Source: Octopus vulgaris (lineage: Eukaryota). Taken from it: a DNA stretch of 64,000 nt. A program made the translations under genes and the position numbers. This document shows, one piece after another, positions 27,595 to 41,045 of this stretch. The number at the start of each line of letters is the position of its first letter. The first letter of the stretch is position 1. The DNA lies in contig OX597838.1 of assembly GCA_951406725.2 (NCBI GenBank), forward strand, positions 30,566,001-30,630,000. Direction: 5' to 3'. The notes under the pieces were generated by a model. It was not told the origin of the DNA, ran no database searches, and saw only the letters and a program-made list of their open reading frames with translations.

Positions 27595-28170
27595 TGTTCT
27601 AAGTTCAAATGATACCGAGGTCTACTTTGCCTTTCGGCGTTGATGAAATAAGTACCAGTTGACCACCGAGGGTCGATATATAATCGACTGTCCCCTCTCC
27701 AGACCTTCTACCTGTAGTAGAAAGGATTCACAATCTTTTGTCATATTCTGACAATAAAAATTTATTTGTTTATTGAATATAATTTATTGAATATAATATT
27801 TTATCCAGTTTACACAATAAAACGAATACTACCTGTGAATTAATAATTTAAATATCGATAAATTTATAATAGATTATCGATTAGTTAATTTATAATACTT
27901 TATATAATATAGATAACAGTCTATGATATTCTATTGAGTAAAATCACTGCTTTGACAATATTCCGTATAATTTGATGAGTTAAATATTTAAATCCAGTCA
28001 CTTAGGTCACTTATGGCTTTCATCAGTTCGGGGTCGATAAATAAGGTAGAATTCCAGAGTGGTGCATTGGTAGAATAATTAATGCGTCGAATGAAACATT
28101 TTGTGGAATGGTTTCTGGTTCTGTAGGTTCTGTGTTCGAATTCCATCTCCGGTCACCGAAATATAATAAA
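27595..28170. repeat. ~580-bp segment duplicated in inverted orientation at ~33838-34417
   Basis: e.g. GTTCGAATTCCATCTCCGGTCACCGAAATATAAT vs ATTATATTTCGGTGACCGGAGATGGAATTCGAAC. Confidence 0.88.
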
Positions 28171-29200
28171 AATATAGATATTATTAATAAGAATGATTTC
28201 AAATTTTGCCACAAGGACAACTTGAAGAAAGGGATTATGTCAATTACATCGACCCCAGTGCTCGACTGGTATTTATTTTATCGATACCGACAGGATGAAA
28301 GGGAAAAGTCGAAGTCGCCAGAATCTGAATTCCGAGCGTAAAGGCAGACGAAATACCGCAAACCGTTTTTCCCGGCGTGCTAACGATTCTGCCGGGCATA
28401 GGTGATGAGGACATCACAAATCCAGACAACAAATTGAGTGGGGATTTACATAAAAGATGGGGGCTGAGAAATGGAAAGGTCAGTGAAATTGCGATAAAAG
28501 TATAAATTTTAAACAAAAAAATGTGATAACATGAATGATGCGGTCCTGATACAGAAGAAGCTCAAGGTATTCCTCAAAGGCAGCGAGCTGGCAGAAACGT
28601 TAGCACGACGGGTGAAATGCTTACCGGTATTTCGTCTGCCGTTACGTTGTGAGTTCAAATTCCGCCGAGGTCGACTTTGCCTTTCATCCTTTCGGGGTCG
28701 ATAAATTAAGTACCAGTTACGCACTGGGGTCGATGTAATCGACTTAATACCTATGTCTGTCCTTGTTTGTCCCCTCTGTGTTTAGCCTCTTGTGGGTAAT
28801 AAAGAAATAGGTATTTCGTCTGCCGCTACGTTCTGAGTTCAAATTCCGCCGAGGTCAACTTTGCCTTTCATCCTTTCGGGGTCGATTAAATAAGTACCAG
28901 TTACGCACAGGGGTCGATATAATGGACCTAATCCGTTTGTCTGTCCTTGTTTGTTCCCTCTCTGTTTAGCCCCTTGTGGGTAGTAAAGAAATAGATATTC
29001 CTCAGCTCCAGGATTACCCTGATCACCAAAGGTACGACTCCTCTCGTCTGCTTTTTAGTTTACAGGCGCATACTTATAGAAGGGCCATTTACTCTAACAG
29101 TTTTTGCCTCAGTCACCTATCTTTTCACAGATTCACTGGGACAATTCCCTCTACACCCTCACTTTCCTTTCCAAGCAAATATATGGAAATTAAAAGAAAC

Positions 29201-29942
29201 AGGTTCCAGCGAGTTTCGAACTCACGACCTTCTGCGTGTGAAGCAGACATGGGTTGATAAATTATGTACCAGTTGAATACTGGGGTAATCGACACATTAT
29301 AGAACAGTCCATTGTTATATTACATGGAAAAATGCGAGCAAGAGAAATAATATTCTTAAGATGGTAAACCTGGTAAAGTACAGGACAAGAACATTTTTAC
29401 TTAAAATATTGCAGCTAAGGATAAAATTTGAATATTAAATCATTTGATTTTAATTTACAAAGTAACATTGTCATTAAAAAAGGTATCATCATTTTGTTAA
29501 AATATTGACACTAAAATACTTATAAAATGAGAGCTAGAAGCACCATATGACTAAAGCTTTATGCAAAGTGGAATAGTATATATAGTAGGCAAATTCATTA
29601 TGTAAAAAGTAAGCATTGGGTCAAGACTAGAAATGCGAAGACTTGGCAATAACTTAGACAATAACCCAAGCAAATTTTACTGTGAATTTCTTGTTATAGA
29701 TAGATTTTACTGTAATATATAACTAATTTTTGTATTATTCTATTTATTGTACTAACTAACTATGTTCTACTATTATTTTTTATAACCTATGTTCAAATTT
29801 CTAATTATTAATTAATAATAAAAAAAAAAATGAATTTTTTAAAGTGCAAAAAATATTCTAATTGAGTTATTTGAAATTTTTGATAGAAGTAAAAAGTAAT
29901 AACAAATAGAAGCACATGTGATAAGCACTACACCATGGAACC
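29201..29942 (-). pseudogene. tRNA-Val(CAC) split by a ~660-bp insertion
   Basis: 3' part 29201-29250 and 5' part ~29910-29942; GAAGCA(GA)CATG repeated at both junctions. Confidence 0.75.
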
Positions 29943-29990
29943 ATAACGACAGCCATTTGCATATATTGTTTTATCATAATAAAACTGTAT

Positions 29991-30380
29991 GTGTGGAAGC
30001 ACTCCGTCGGTTACGACGACGAGGGTTCCGGTTGATCCGAATCAACGGAACAGCCTGCTCGTGAAATTAACGTGTAAGTGGCTGAGCACTCCACAGACAC
30101 GTGCACCCTTAACGTAGTTCTCGGGGATATTCAGCGTGACACAGAGAGTGACAAGGCCGGCCCCTTGAAATACAGGTACAAAAGAAACAGGAAGTAAGAG
30201 TGAGAGAAAGTTGTGGTGAAAGAGTACAGCAGGGATCACCACCATCCCCTGCCGGAGCCTCGTGGAGCTTTTCAGGTGTTTTCGCTCAATAAACACTCAC
30301 AACGCCCGGTCTGGGAATCGAAACCGCGATCCTATGACCGCGAGTCCGCTGCCCTAACCACTGGGCCATTGCGCCTCCAC
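29991..30380 (-). mobile_element. SINE family D with alternative tail, 13-bp TSD
   Basis: TSD AATAAAACTGTAT at 29978-29990 and 30381-30393. Confidence 0.85.
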
Positions 30381-30566
30381 AATAAAACTGTATATCAATG
30401 GAAATTGATATTGGTGTACCTTTGGAAAGACAGTGAAGTATCCAAAATGGTCCAGGAATTTGAATCTTGCTCGAAAGCACTTTTCTATTAATTTATACCG
30501 AGGTTCATACCATAATGATCAATTCAAGTGGGAATGAGATCGATCTTCTCAATAAATATTGATAGT

Positions 30567-30972
30567 CGCAGGAGTGGCTGTGTGGTAAGTAGCTTGCTTA
30601 CCAACCACATGGTTCCGGGTTCAGTCCCACTGCGTGGCACCTTGGGCAAGTGTCTTCTGCTGTAGCCCCGGGCCGACCAAAGCCTTGTGAGTGGATTTGG
30701 TAGACGGAAACTGAAAGAAGCCCGTCGTATATATGTATATATATGTGTGTGTGTTTGTGTGTCTGTGTTTGTCCCCCCAACATCACTTGACAACCGATGC
30801 TGGTGTGTTTACGTCCCCGTAACTTAGCGGTTCGGCAAAAGAGACCGATAGAATAAGTACTAGGCTTACAAAGAATAAGTCCTGGGGGTCGATTTCCTCG
30901 ACTAAAGGCGGTGTTCCAGCATGGCCGCAGTCAAATGACTGAAACAAGTAAAAGAGTAAACGAGTAAAGAGT
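30567..30972 (+). mobile_element. CORE-type SINE (family A)
   Basis: Full-length family match. Confidence 0.85.
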
Positions 30973-31335
30973 ATCTCTCAATATTTATCATTGTCATTGA
31001 CATACAGACAGATATTTCTAAAGAGAATCTACGGGATAAACTCTAGCCACAATATATTACTGGTATATATTTTAACGTCGCTAGAAGAAGAGAAAGATGT
31101 TCGATAGCTGACCAATAAAACTGGTCATTATTTTATAGACCACTGGGAAGCATGGGAGGTAGAGGGAGCTCCGGCAGAATTGGAAATCCAAACTACAAAA
31201 AAAAAAGTGACTAAATTCTTCTTTTTATTAATGTAGCATTTCTGATAATTCGCAATTTTTTTAAAGGTAGATCAACATTAAACTATGTACAAGACATAGA
31301 TCGTAAGAAAAATATTTGTTAGAACGGCAGCATTT

Positions 31336-31408
31336 GGTTCCATGGTGTTGAGCATGTCACGTCTGCTTTACACGCAGAAGGTCCAGGGCTCGAAAGTCTC
31401 TGGAACCT
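31336..31408 (+). pseudogene. tRNA-Val(TAC), diverged, probable pseudogene
   Basis: Acceptor and anticodon arms intact; D loop and B box (GCTCGA) corrupted. Confidence 0.75.
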
Positions 31409-31596
31409 ACCTTTCTTCTTTTTTACCTTTAATCTGGGATCCTAATTTTACGAGGGTGGGCATCGTCATATATTTACTTCATGATATTTACTGCAGTTAT
31501 TGGTGTTAATACTCCCTGTGTATTTGTCCATTGCTGTGGGTGTAGATTTTACGGCCAAATACTGTTTTATCATATATAAATGATAAATGATATACA

Positions 31597-31945
31597 AATT
31601 TTCTGGGTGCCGGTTGTTTGAGAAATCCGGTTATTTGAATACCGGATGAGAGGGAGTTTATTGTACATGTATTTCCTGAGCAACTGCAAGGAACGGGTTC
31701 GAATCGCAGAACAGGCCTCTGACGTAATACAAAATGCAGACTACAAACCTTATCCAATTCCATTAAACTGTCATTCTATCGTCATTAAATTCTTGCAATC
31801 TCAGCAATCTGACAGGATTCTTTAGAAAGAAATAAACATGGAGAGGAAACGAAATCCCTCATCGTTTTTCTTATATTCAAATGTCTAGCGATTGATTTAT
31901 TTGACAAGATTTCTGCTTCTAGAATTTCTGTGGCGTTTTTTTTAT
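31597..31945. repeat. Unclassified repeat; SINE-interrupted copy at ~11840-12540
   Basis: TTCTGGGTGCCGGTTGTTTGAGAA...GAATTTCTGTGGCGTTTTTT shared. Confidence 0.8.
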
Positions 31946-32322
31946 GTAATTCAAACCGGCCACATCAGACCCAAATATTCTACCTGTTTTATGTTCAAAC
32001 TGGCCAGACCAGGCCTCTCACACGTACCCTACAATGTCATTCTGAAAATAGACAGTCACATTGTCGAAATCTTGAAGCTAAAGGATGATGCATGGTCAAT
32101 TCAAATCAATGTGGATAAATAAGCATGATATTTGACAAAGTAATTGGAATTCTGAAGGGTTAAAAGAAAAAAAAAACACAAACAAACAACAAAAGAAAGC
32201 TATTCTGAAGAGAGACACAATGTTTACCTGGGTCCATTATAGTGAGTGTTATTTAAATATCTAGAGATATATCATGTAGAGCTATATGTATGTATGTATG
32301 TATGTATGTATATATATATATA

Positions 32323-32620
32323 TCACGTGATCACGTGACCGACCAGACCATCAGATGTTGCTACACATCGCTGGTCACAATGCGTTCGCATTGTTTTAGC
32401 CTTCAAATGACGCCTCCCCGCTGGCTAAGCGAGCAGGCCAACAGAAGAAAGTGAGAGAAAGAGTGGTGAAAGGGTACAGCAGGGATGACCACCCCTTGCC
32501 GGAGCATCGTGGAGCTTTAGGTGTTTTCGCTCAATAAACACACACAACGCCCGGTCTGGGAATCGAAACCGCGATCCTCCGACCGCGAGTCCGCTGCCCT
32601 AACACTGGGCCATTGCGCCT

Positions 32621-32699
<79 letters not shown>

Positions 32700-32990
32700 G
32701 AGGCGCAATGGCCTAGTGCTTAGGGCAGCGGACTCGCGGTTTCGATTCCTAGACCGGGCGTTGTGAGTGTTTATTGAGCAAAAACACCTAAAAGCACAAC
32801 GATGCTCCGGCAGGGGGTGGTGATCCCTGCTGTACTCTTTCACCACAACTTTCTCTCACTCTTTCTTCTGTTGGCCTGCTCGCTAAGCCAGCGGGGTGGC
32901 GTCATTTGAATGCTAAAACAATGCGAACGCATTGTGACCAGCGATTTGTAACTACATCTGATAGCCTGGTCGGTCACGGTGATCACGGTG
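32323..32990. mobile_element. Head-to-head inverted pair of family D SINEs around (CA)n(TA)n(TG)n
   Basis: ~32323-32622 (-) and ~32698-32990 (+) are near reverse complements. Confidence 0.85.
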
Positions 32991-33224
32991 ACATATATAT
33001 ATTAAATAATTGATAGGGAAGACAGTGTATTGTAATCGGTTTATAAGCTTAATTCCTTACGTAGGACTAAAATGCAGCACTACGGATGACGCCTGGTAAC
33101 CGTATGTGGTGAACGTGCTCTCAAGGCACACTACTAGCAACTTACCCAAAACAAAGTTTGGATACTACATTTTAAAGCATCTTTTCTAAACTTCAATTTT
33201 AAACATAAGATATATATATATAAG

Positions 33225-33276
<52 letters not shown>

Positions 33277-33690
33277 TCTTACTCTCTTTACTCTTTTACT
33301 TGTTTCAGTCATTTGACTGCGGCCATGCTGGAGCACCACCTTTAATCGAGCAACTCGACCCCGGGACTTATTCTTTGTAAGCCCAGTACTTATTCTATCG
33401 GTCTGTTTTTGCCGAACCGCTAAGTGACGGGGACATAAACACACCAGCATCGGTTGTGAAGCAATGCTAGGGGAACAGACACAAACACACAAACATACAC
33501 ACACATATATATATATATATACATATATACGACGGGCTTCTTTCAGTTTCCGCCTACCAAATCCACTCACAAGGCTTTGGTCGGCCCGAGGATATAGTAG
33601 AAGACACTTGCCCAAGGTGCCACGCAGTGGGACTGAACCCGGAACCATGTGGTTGGTTAGCAAGCTACTTACCACACAGTCACTCCTGCG
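33277..33690 (-). mobile_element. CORE-type SINE (family A)
   Basis: Reverse complement of the 30567 copy. Confidence 0.85.
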
Positions 33691-34904
33691 CCTACTATAG
33701 AAATATTATTTCTAAATCTACTACAGCAGCAGTACTGGGTATTAATAGTTATCACCAAGCTAACATGGCAGTCCAGAAAAAATAGGACGGCATCATTCGT
33801 CCTATTTTTCTGAACTGCCATGTTAATAATAATTATCATTATTATATTTCGGTGACCGGAGATGGAATTCGAACACAGAACCCATAGAACCAGAAAACAT
33901 TCATTCCACAAAATGTTTCATTCGACGCATTAATTATTCTACCAATGCACCACTCTGGAATTCTAATTTATTTATCGACCCCGAACTGATGAAAGCCATA
34001 AGTGACCTAAGTGACTGGATTTAAATATTTAACTCATCAAATTATACGGAATATTGTCAAAGCAGTGATTTTACTCAATAGAATATCATAGACTGTTATC
34101 TATATTATATAAAGTTTTATAAATTAATTAATCGATAATCTATTATAAATATATCGATATTTAAATTATTAATTCGCAGGTAGTATTCGTTTTATTGTGT
34201 AAACTGAATAAAATATTATATTCAATAAATTATATTCAATAAACAAATAAGTTTTTATTGACAGAATATGACAAAAGATTGTGAATCCTTTCTACTACAG
34301 GTAGAAGGTCTGGAGAGGGGACAGTCGATTATATATCGACCCCCGGTGGTCAACTGGTACTTATTTCATCAACCCCGAAAGGCAAAGTAGACCACGGTAT
34401 CATTTGAACTCAGAACGTTACTCTAACACTTTGTACTAAGGCGGCGAGGTGGTAGGGATGTTCGCACAGCGAGGAAAGTGCTCAGCGTCTTTACGTTCTG
34501 AGTTCAAACGCCTTTCATTCTTTCGGGATCGATCAAATACCAGGTGAACACTGGGGTCAATGTTATCAACTTACACCCTCACCCCCACCCCTAGCCCGAA
34601 ATTCCTGACCCTTTGCCAAAATCTGGAACCAATAATCATTTCTATTTTCTGCCGTCGCTGCTAGAGCTGATGAAGCTGCGATTGCTAGTCTTACATCCTT
34701 CTCTTCAGTTGAAATCCGGCCGAGGTTGGTATCAGTCACTAAGAATTCGTTCCATATCTCAAATGAGGAATGTGTCTTCTCTAAGACTGCGATACAAAAG
34801 ATAAAATCGCAGAAGTCGGAACAGCAGCATTGCAACCAGCGGTGGCAGCGACGACCACGACATCGACAGGATCAGCACGAATAACAATAGTAAAATAAAA
34901 GGGT

Positions 34905-35238
34905 AAAGACCCCCTTCGGTCATGAGTGACCATGGGATTGCACCTAGAAAGTTACCCTCCTAGACACAAGTTCGGGCAAGGTTGTTTATGGAAGACCAGC
35001 AGTCGCCCATGCATACCAGCCTCCCCTCTCCACACCACCAGTGTTATCCAAGGGAAAGGCAAAAGCCGATACTGCCGTTCAAACCGAAAAGATCCCTCAT
35101 TTTTGCCAGCTGAGTGGACTGGAGCAACGTGAAATGTGTTTTGCTCAATAACACAACGCGTCGCCTGGTCCAGGAATCGAAACCACAATCTTACGATCAT
35201 GGTGCTGACACCCTAACCACTAAGCCACGTGCCTTCAC
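34905..35238 (-). mobile_element. SINE family B
   Basis: Matches 12009-12359. Confidence 0.78.
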
Positions 35239-35833
35239 GATGTCTTACAATACGGAGTAATATTTCCTACAGCATTTCGATGTTGATTTAACATTTGAAA
35301 AAAGAGAGGCATAGAAATATCAGACATGTTCAATTAGCAAAAAAGTGTTTAATTATATTTATTTATAGTCATGGTTTCGAAAACTGCTGGAGCTCACTTT
35401 ACCTGGCAGGATTTTCAGGGTCTGTAAAATAATCCCCAGTTCTATTGGTCAACACTGGCTCTTCTTTCCCTTCTTCCAGTTACGTTAATATACATACCAG
35501 TAATATACTGTGGCTAGAGTTTATCCTTCGGTCTCTCTTTAGAAATAATTGTTTTTGTGTAAATGTTAGAAATAAAAACTGAGAGATCAATATTTATTTA
35601 GATCAATAATTACCAATTGAACAAGGCATTATTTTATAGACCCCTAAATACATGAAATGCAAAGTAAACTCCAGCAGGATTCGAAACCGTGAATACAAAT
35701 ATATCTAGACACTTCTTATTAACGTCCCATAACACATACGCAACTGTTTAATTCAATGTAGATCAATACTGAACTGTTTACGAGATACCATTTTCTTTCT
35801 CATAAGAACTATATTGAACTGATTGTATCGTAG

Positions 35834-35906
35834 GGTTCCATGGTGTAGTGGTTATCACATCTGCTTAACACGCAGAAGGTCGCGAGTTCGAAACTCGCTG
35901 GAACCT
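35834..35906 (+). tRNA. tRNA-Val(AAC)
   Basis: Full length, C50:G64, U73, T-rich terminator. Confidence 0.92.
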
Positions 35907-36349
35907 TTGTTTTTCTGTTATTTTTTTAAAAAAATTATTTTTATGTTACTGGTATTTTCTTGTTTTGTTACATGCACTGTTTTGTTACACTGCTCCTGTT
36001 ACACTGCACTGTTTTGTTACACTGCTCCTGTTATTACTCTTGTGGCTGTCATTGAAACCCAGAATATTGTAACATGGTAGAGGCATATTCCTCATTTTAG
36101 ATTCTCAAATGAACATCCCTGTACTAAATGTGGTACTCTAGCATTTCTGGTACTTTAGCGAACATTGAAAAATAAATCAACATTAAACTGTGTCGAGTCA
36201 CAGCTTATATCAGAGACAACAGTTCGGATACAGTTTATAACAGTTTGTTTTGCTAAAGGAAGGACTCAGTCTCTGTTGAAATCCCAACACAAGGAAGGAA
36301 ACCAGTACTGGCTGATCCCCGATTTTGTGTCCACGGAGTAATTCTAGAG

Positions 36350-36569
36350 CAGTGGTTTTCAACCAGGGTTCCGCGGAACTTTAGGGTTTCCGCCTGTACA
36401 GTCCAGGGGTTCCTCAAGAAGTTACAAAACTGCTAAAATCGGCAGTAATTTATAATTCTCCTGTGCAGATATGTGTGCATAAGACAATCAAATTATTGCA
36501 CAGGGGTTCCTCGAGCCAGTGGAATGTTTCCTTGGGGTTCCGCTCCAGCAAAAATGTTGAAAAGCACTG
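36350..36569. mobile_element. hAT (Charlie-like) MITE
   Basis: TIRs CAGTGGTTTTCAAC / GTTGAAAAGCACTG; perfect 8-bp TSD TTCTAGAG (36342-36349, 36570-36577). Confidence 0.88.
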
Positions 36570-36721
36570 TTCTAGAGAAATACGCAATGTTTTCCCTCCG
36601 CCTAAAATACAGTGTGTTGTTCAAGTATGAAGAGGTGTATGAGGTGGCACTCTGTAGAACAGTGAGTATCAACAGTTAATGCAGGAGTCAGCTACAACAC
36701 GCTTCACAACACCAACCGTTT

Positions 36722-36794
36722 GGTTCTATGGTGTAGCGGTTATCACTTCAGCTTCACACGCAGAAGGTCGCGAGTTCGAAACTCGCTGGAACCT
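36722..36794 (+). tRNA. tRNA-Val(CAC), anticodon-stem mismatch
   Basis: Full length; U6:G67 and A29:A41. Confidence 0.72.
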
Positions 36795-36891
36795 AACTTT
36801 TTTTTTTTCATCTCCTGAGGTTAATGATTTTATTGGGTTAGGCATTGATGTCATTAGTTTATTGTATTTATTGTATTTACGCAAAGCAGGT

Positions 36892-36964
36892 GGTTTCATG
36901 GTGTAGTGGTTATCACATCTGCTTTACACGCAGAAGTTCGTGAGTTCGAAACTCGCTGGAACTT
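36892..36964 (+). tRNA. tRNA-Val(TAC) variant
   Basis: Full length; U5:G68, G1:U72; 170 bp after the previous gene. Confidence 0.75.
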
Positions 36965-37288
36965 GTACTTATCTAGCCTTCTTTTTATCTGTTTGCCTGC
37001 GGCACGATCTAAGCTGTCGATGTTTTTTATGGTTGCTCTTGTTGTTGGTTTTGTTGCTGCTGTTTCTAATCCTATTATTTAGTCTGACATTGTAAAATTT
37101 CTCGTTCAAGAAAATAAATTGCAAAGACATTTCATTAAATATGTACGAGGAGGAGGAGGAGGAGGAGGGAGAAGGAGTGGAAGAAGACCTCGGCGGAACG
37201 TAAGACGGACGAAATGTACCTAAGCATTTTTGTCCGGTGTGAGAGATAGTTAATATTGAAGATATATAGAGACTGGCGGCAGATCGAA

Positions 37289-37361
37289 TGTTCCGTGGTG
37301 CAATGGTATTTTGCATGGGCTTTGTACCAAAAAGATCGCGTGTTCGAATTCCGCTGGATCC
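37289..37361 (+). pseudogene. Heavily decayed tRNA-Val-like relic
   Basis: GTTCCGTGGTGCAATGG...GATCGCGTGTTCGAATTCCGCTGGATCC. Confidence 0.5.
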
Positions 37362-37820
37362 ATTATTACTATTTTGCTTTTTGAGTTTATTTTGTTTGTG
37401 TAAATGCTGCTGTTGTTTCTGTTGACGACGTTTCACTTAATTTTCTTCTTCTTCTTCCTCTTGACCTCCTCCTCCTCCTCCTCCTCCTCCACCTATCCTC
37501 CTTCTCTCTTCCTCCTCCTCCTCCTCCTCCTTCTTTGATTTCATCTTTTGTATCCTCGTAGAGGAGACATAGTGCTTGTTTGAAATCTGGAATGAAATAT
37601 GCGTGGATTATTGATGTATCCTGTCGTGTTGACACCAGAATATGACTGGTACTTGTCTTACAGGCACCTCGTAAGAGGTGTAACGATTTAGACGCGCTTT
37701 ACAAGAATTGGAACAAAACGCCGTCGACAACAACATTTCTGATCATTAATGAGGGAGGTGGTGGGTTTTAGAAACAAATAAAACCCGTCCCCCAGCGAAA
37801 AAGATAGATAAATAAAAGTT

Positions 37821-37892
37821 GGCTCCTGCAAGTTGCGAACTCACGATCTTCTGCTTGTTGAGCGACTATGATAGCCACTACACACCAGAATT
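37821..37892 (-). pseudogene. Decayed tRNA-Val relic
   Basis: GGCTCCTGCAAGTTGCGAACTCACGATCTTCTGC...GATAGCCACTACAC. Confidence 0.55.
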
Positions 37893-38942
37893 AGTCCATT
37901 CGCAGCCTTCAAATACCGTCTCATCATCCACAAACTTGTGTCTCATACACAGTGTTTCATGCATATTTATCTTTAAAACGACAATAGAATCTCAGAAATT
38001 AATAAGTATTTAGTTACACTTATTTATAGCCAGGGTTTCGAATCCTACTGGAGCTCTCTTTATTCTTTATTTTTTTTTTCAGGGATCAATAAAATAAAGA
38101 CCTGTTATTTTGGTCTACTTGCGATCTTTTTTCCTTCATCAGGTGGCGTTAAATTCAAGAGGGTCGAAGGTTCTTCTCCAGCCATAGGCTCATAAGTCTG
38201 TCCTCCCGGATTCTGTGGCGTTTCCATTCTTGCCCACCACTCTGGACGAGAAACCAGATTGTCGATAGAGTATTCATTTTTGCCAAATTAGCGGACTGAA
38301 TGAACGTGAAATGAAGAGTTGTGCTTAAGAACAGAATGTTTCGGCCGGTCCAGGAATTGAAACCACAATCCTGCGATCATAAATGTAGCATACTAGCCAC
38401 CCAGCCATGTGATTCTATGACACTAAAATATATACCAGTAATATACTGTGGCGAGTGATTATCCACTGGATTCTCTTTAGAAATATCTGTCCGTGTCAAT
38501 GTTATAAATCAATATTGAGATAAGATCAATATTTATTGAGAAGATCAATCACAACCAATAGAATCGGGCATTATTTTTTTCTATCCCTGAGTTCAAGTTC
38601 CGCCGAGGTCGACTTTGCCTTTCATCCTTTCGGGGTCGATTAAATAAGTACCAGTTACGCACTGGGGTCAATATAATCGACTTAATCCGTTTGTCTGTCC
38701 TTGTTTGTCCTCTCTGTGTTTAGCCCCTTGTGGGCAGTAAAGAAATAGATATTTTTGTCTGTCTATACGTTCTGAGTTCAAATTCCGCCAGGTCGACTTT
38801 GCCTTTCATCCTTTCGGGGTTATATAAATTAAGTACGAGTTGCATACTGGAGTCCATCTAATTGACTTGCCCCTTCCCCCAAAATTTCGGGCCTTGTGCT
38901 TAGAATAGAAATGATTATATACTAGCAAAATGTAAAGCAATT

Positions 38943-39015
38943 AGGTTCCAGCGAGTTTCGAACTCACCACCTTCTGCGTGTTAAGCAGATGTGATAACCA
39001 CTACACCATGGAACC
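38943..39015 (-). tRNA. tRNA-Val(AAC), G48 variant
   Basis: Full length; variant shared with the 52306 copy. Confidence 0.85.
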
Positions 39016-39533
39016 AGATGCTTCGATATTCTCTAATATTATTTTATCATAGATTAGTTGTAACTTGCGCAGAGTTTACTGTTGAGGTAGCTTTCAAAAC
39101 ACTGCGGAGAATCAGGAACGGTGAATTAACAAAAAGTATTTAGGTTTTCGAATCCTGCTCAAGTTCACTTTCCATTTTATGTATTTAGGGGTTTATAAGG
39201 ACCAGTTCTATTCGCAATTTTTGGTCTTTGCAATAGATATTTGGTCTTCTCTCACTCTTTATCTCTAACTTTGACTCACAGACAGATATTTTTAAAGAGC
39301 GTTCAGTGGATAAACTCTAGTCACAGATAATTACTGGTATATATTTTAACATCACTGGAAGCAGAAAAGCAAGCTCTATAGTTGCTCATGATGTTGTAGT
39401 CAACGGTGGTTTTGTTCCATGAGCTTCCCATCCCTAATTCTATAATAGAACAGTCCATTGTTGTATAGTTAGTTCTCCGGATCGATTTCACTTATATATG
39501 ATAAGAAACATTTTTGCGCATCGAGCAGCAGGT

Positions 39534-39606
39534 GGTTCCATGGTGTAGTGGTTATCACATCTGCTTTACACGCAGAAGGTCGTGAGTTCGAAACTCGCTG
39601 GAACCT
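39534..39606 (+). tRNA. tRNA-Val(TAC)
   Basis: Consensus body. Confidence 0.92.
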
Positions 39607-39702
39607 AGGCTATTTTTTTCATCTCCTGAGGTTAATGATTTTATTGGGTTAGGCATTGATGTCATTAGTTTATTGCATTTATTGTATTTACGCAAAACAG
39701 GT

Positions 39703-39775
39703 GGTCCCATGGTGTAGTGGTTATCACATCTGCTTTACACGCAGAAGGTCGTGAGTTCGAAACTCGCTGGAACCT
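39703..39775 (+). tRNA. tRNA-Val(TAC), C4:A69 mismatch
   Basis: Full length. Confidence 0.82.
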
Positions 39776-40540
39776 AGCTTCTTTCTTTCATCTCCTGAGG
39801 TTAATGATTTTATTGGGTTTAGGCATTGATGTCATTAGTTTATTGTATTTACACAAAACAACAGAAACAGCAGCAGCAGCATCTACACAAGCAGCAGATT
39901 AAACTGAAAAGCGCGCCAGGCAAAATGCTTTGCGGAATTTCGTCCGTCTTTACGTTCAGAGTTTTAATCCCACTGAGGATGACTTTGCCTTTCATCTTTT
40001 CGGGGTCGATAAAATAAGTACCCTTTGAGCAGTGGGGTCGGTGTAATCGACTTGCTGTCCTCTCTGAAATTTATGGCTTTTCTCTGCCAATAAATTTTAA
40101 TGTGACAGACTAAATACCTGCCTGTGTTTAATTATGCCCATTGGCTGAGATTGTTGGCAATCCAGACACGACCTACCTCAGAAAAAACAACGGCAATAAA
40201 ACGTTCTGAAAACAACAACAATAGCAATAGAAACAATTATGCTGGTGGTGCTAATAACTCCAAGGAAAATTTTTTTAGTGAAAGGATTAGTAGCAGCCGC
40301 AGCAGCAGTAACAACAACAACAACAACATCAGCAGCAGCAACAACAACAGCAGCATCAGCAACAACAACGGTAAAGATAAATACTGAGAAAAGATCAATA
40401 TTTATTGAGATGGTCAATAATTATGAAGAGAACTTGGCGTTATTTTTATATTCCTGAACACATGAACGGTGAAGTGAACTCCTGCAAGATTCGAAATTAA
40501 ATGATGTCGTTGGCGGGGGAAAAAAAATCAACACATGTAC

Positions 40541-40613
40541 AGGTTCCAGCGAGTTTCGAACTCGTGACCTTCTGCGTGTGAAGCAGACGTGATAACCTCT
40601 ACACCATGGAACT
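40541..40613 (-). tRNA. tRNA-Val(CAC) variant
   Basis: Full length; A1:C72 and A49:C65 mismatches. Confidence 0.7.
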
Positions 40614-41045
40614 AACTGCCATTAACTGGTTTATTTTGCTTATCATATATGGGCTGTATGTGAAATACAGAACATCGTTGATCTGTCTTTGAAGATACGG
40701 TAATGTAATCGGAAATTGTAGATTAACAAGAAGTATTTAGTTATATTTATTTATAATCGGGGTTTCATTAAAGTATGTCAGCCATGACCATCTCATCTTA
40801 TCAAACAATCCATCCAAGACTTCAGAATCCAGTGGCCTCCCCTCTTATTTCTCTTCCAATTCATATTTAGTGAGTCTTAAAGTGTTTGAACCTATGATTT
40901 ACGAACTGGTCACTGATATGTGACAACACGTGATAAGGCGGCATCTTTGATCAAAAATGTAGGGCGCGCTGCTGTCGTTTTTGAAGTTGATGCAAATATA
41001 TCAACACCTTTTTCCTATAAAAGTATAACACAAGAAGTAATTCTT

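Noticed and set aside
33075-33140. Second hammerhead-like motif (CGGATGAC...GAACGTGC)
   Set aside because: Both core boxes deviate and no clean cleavage triplet is present
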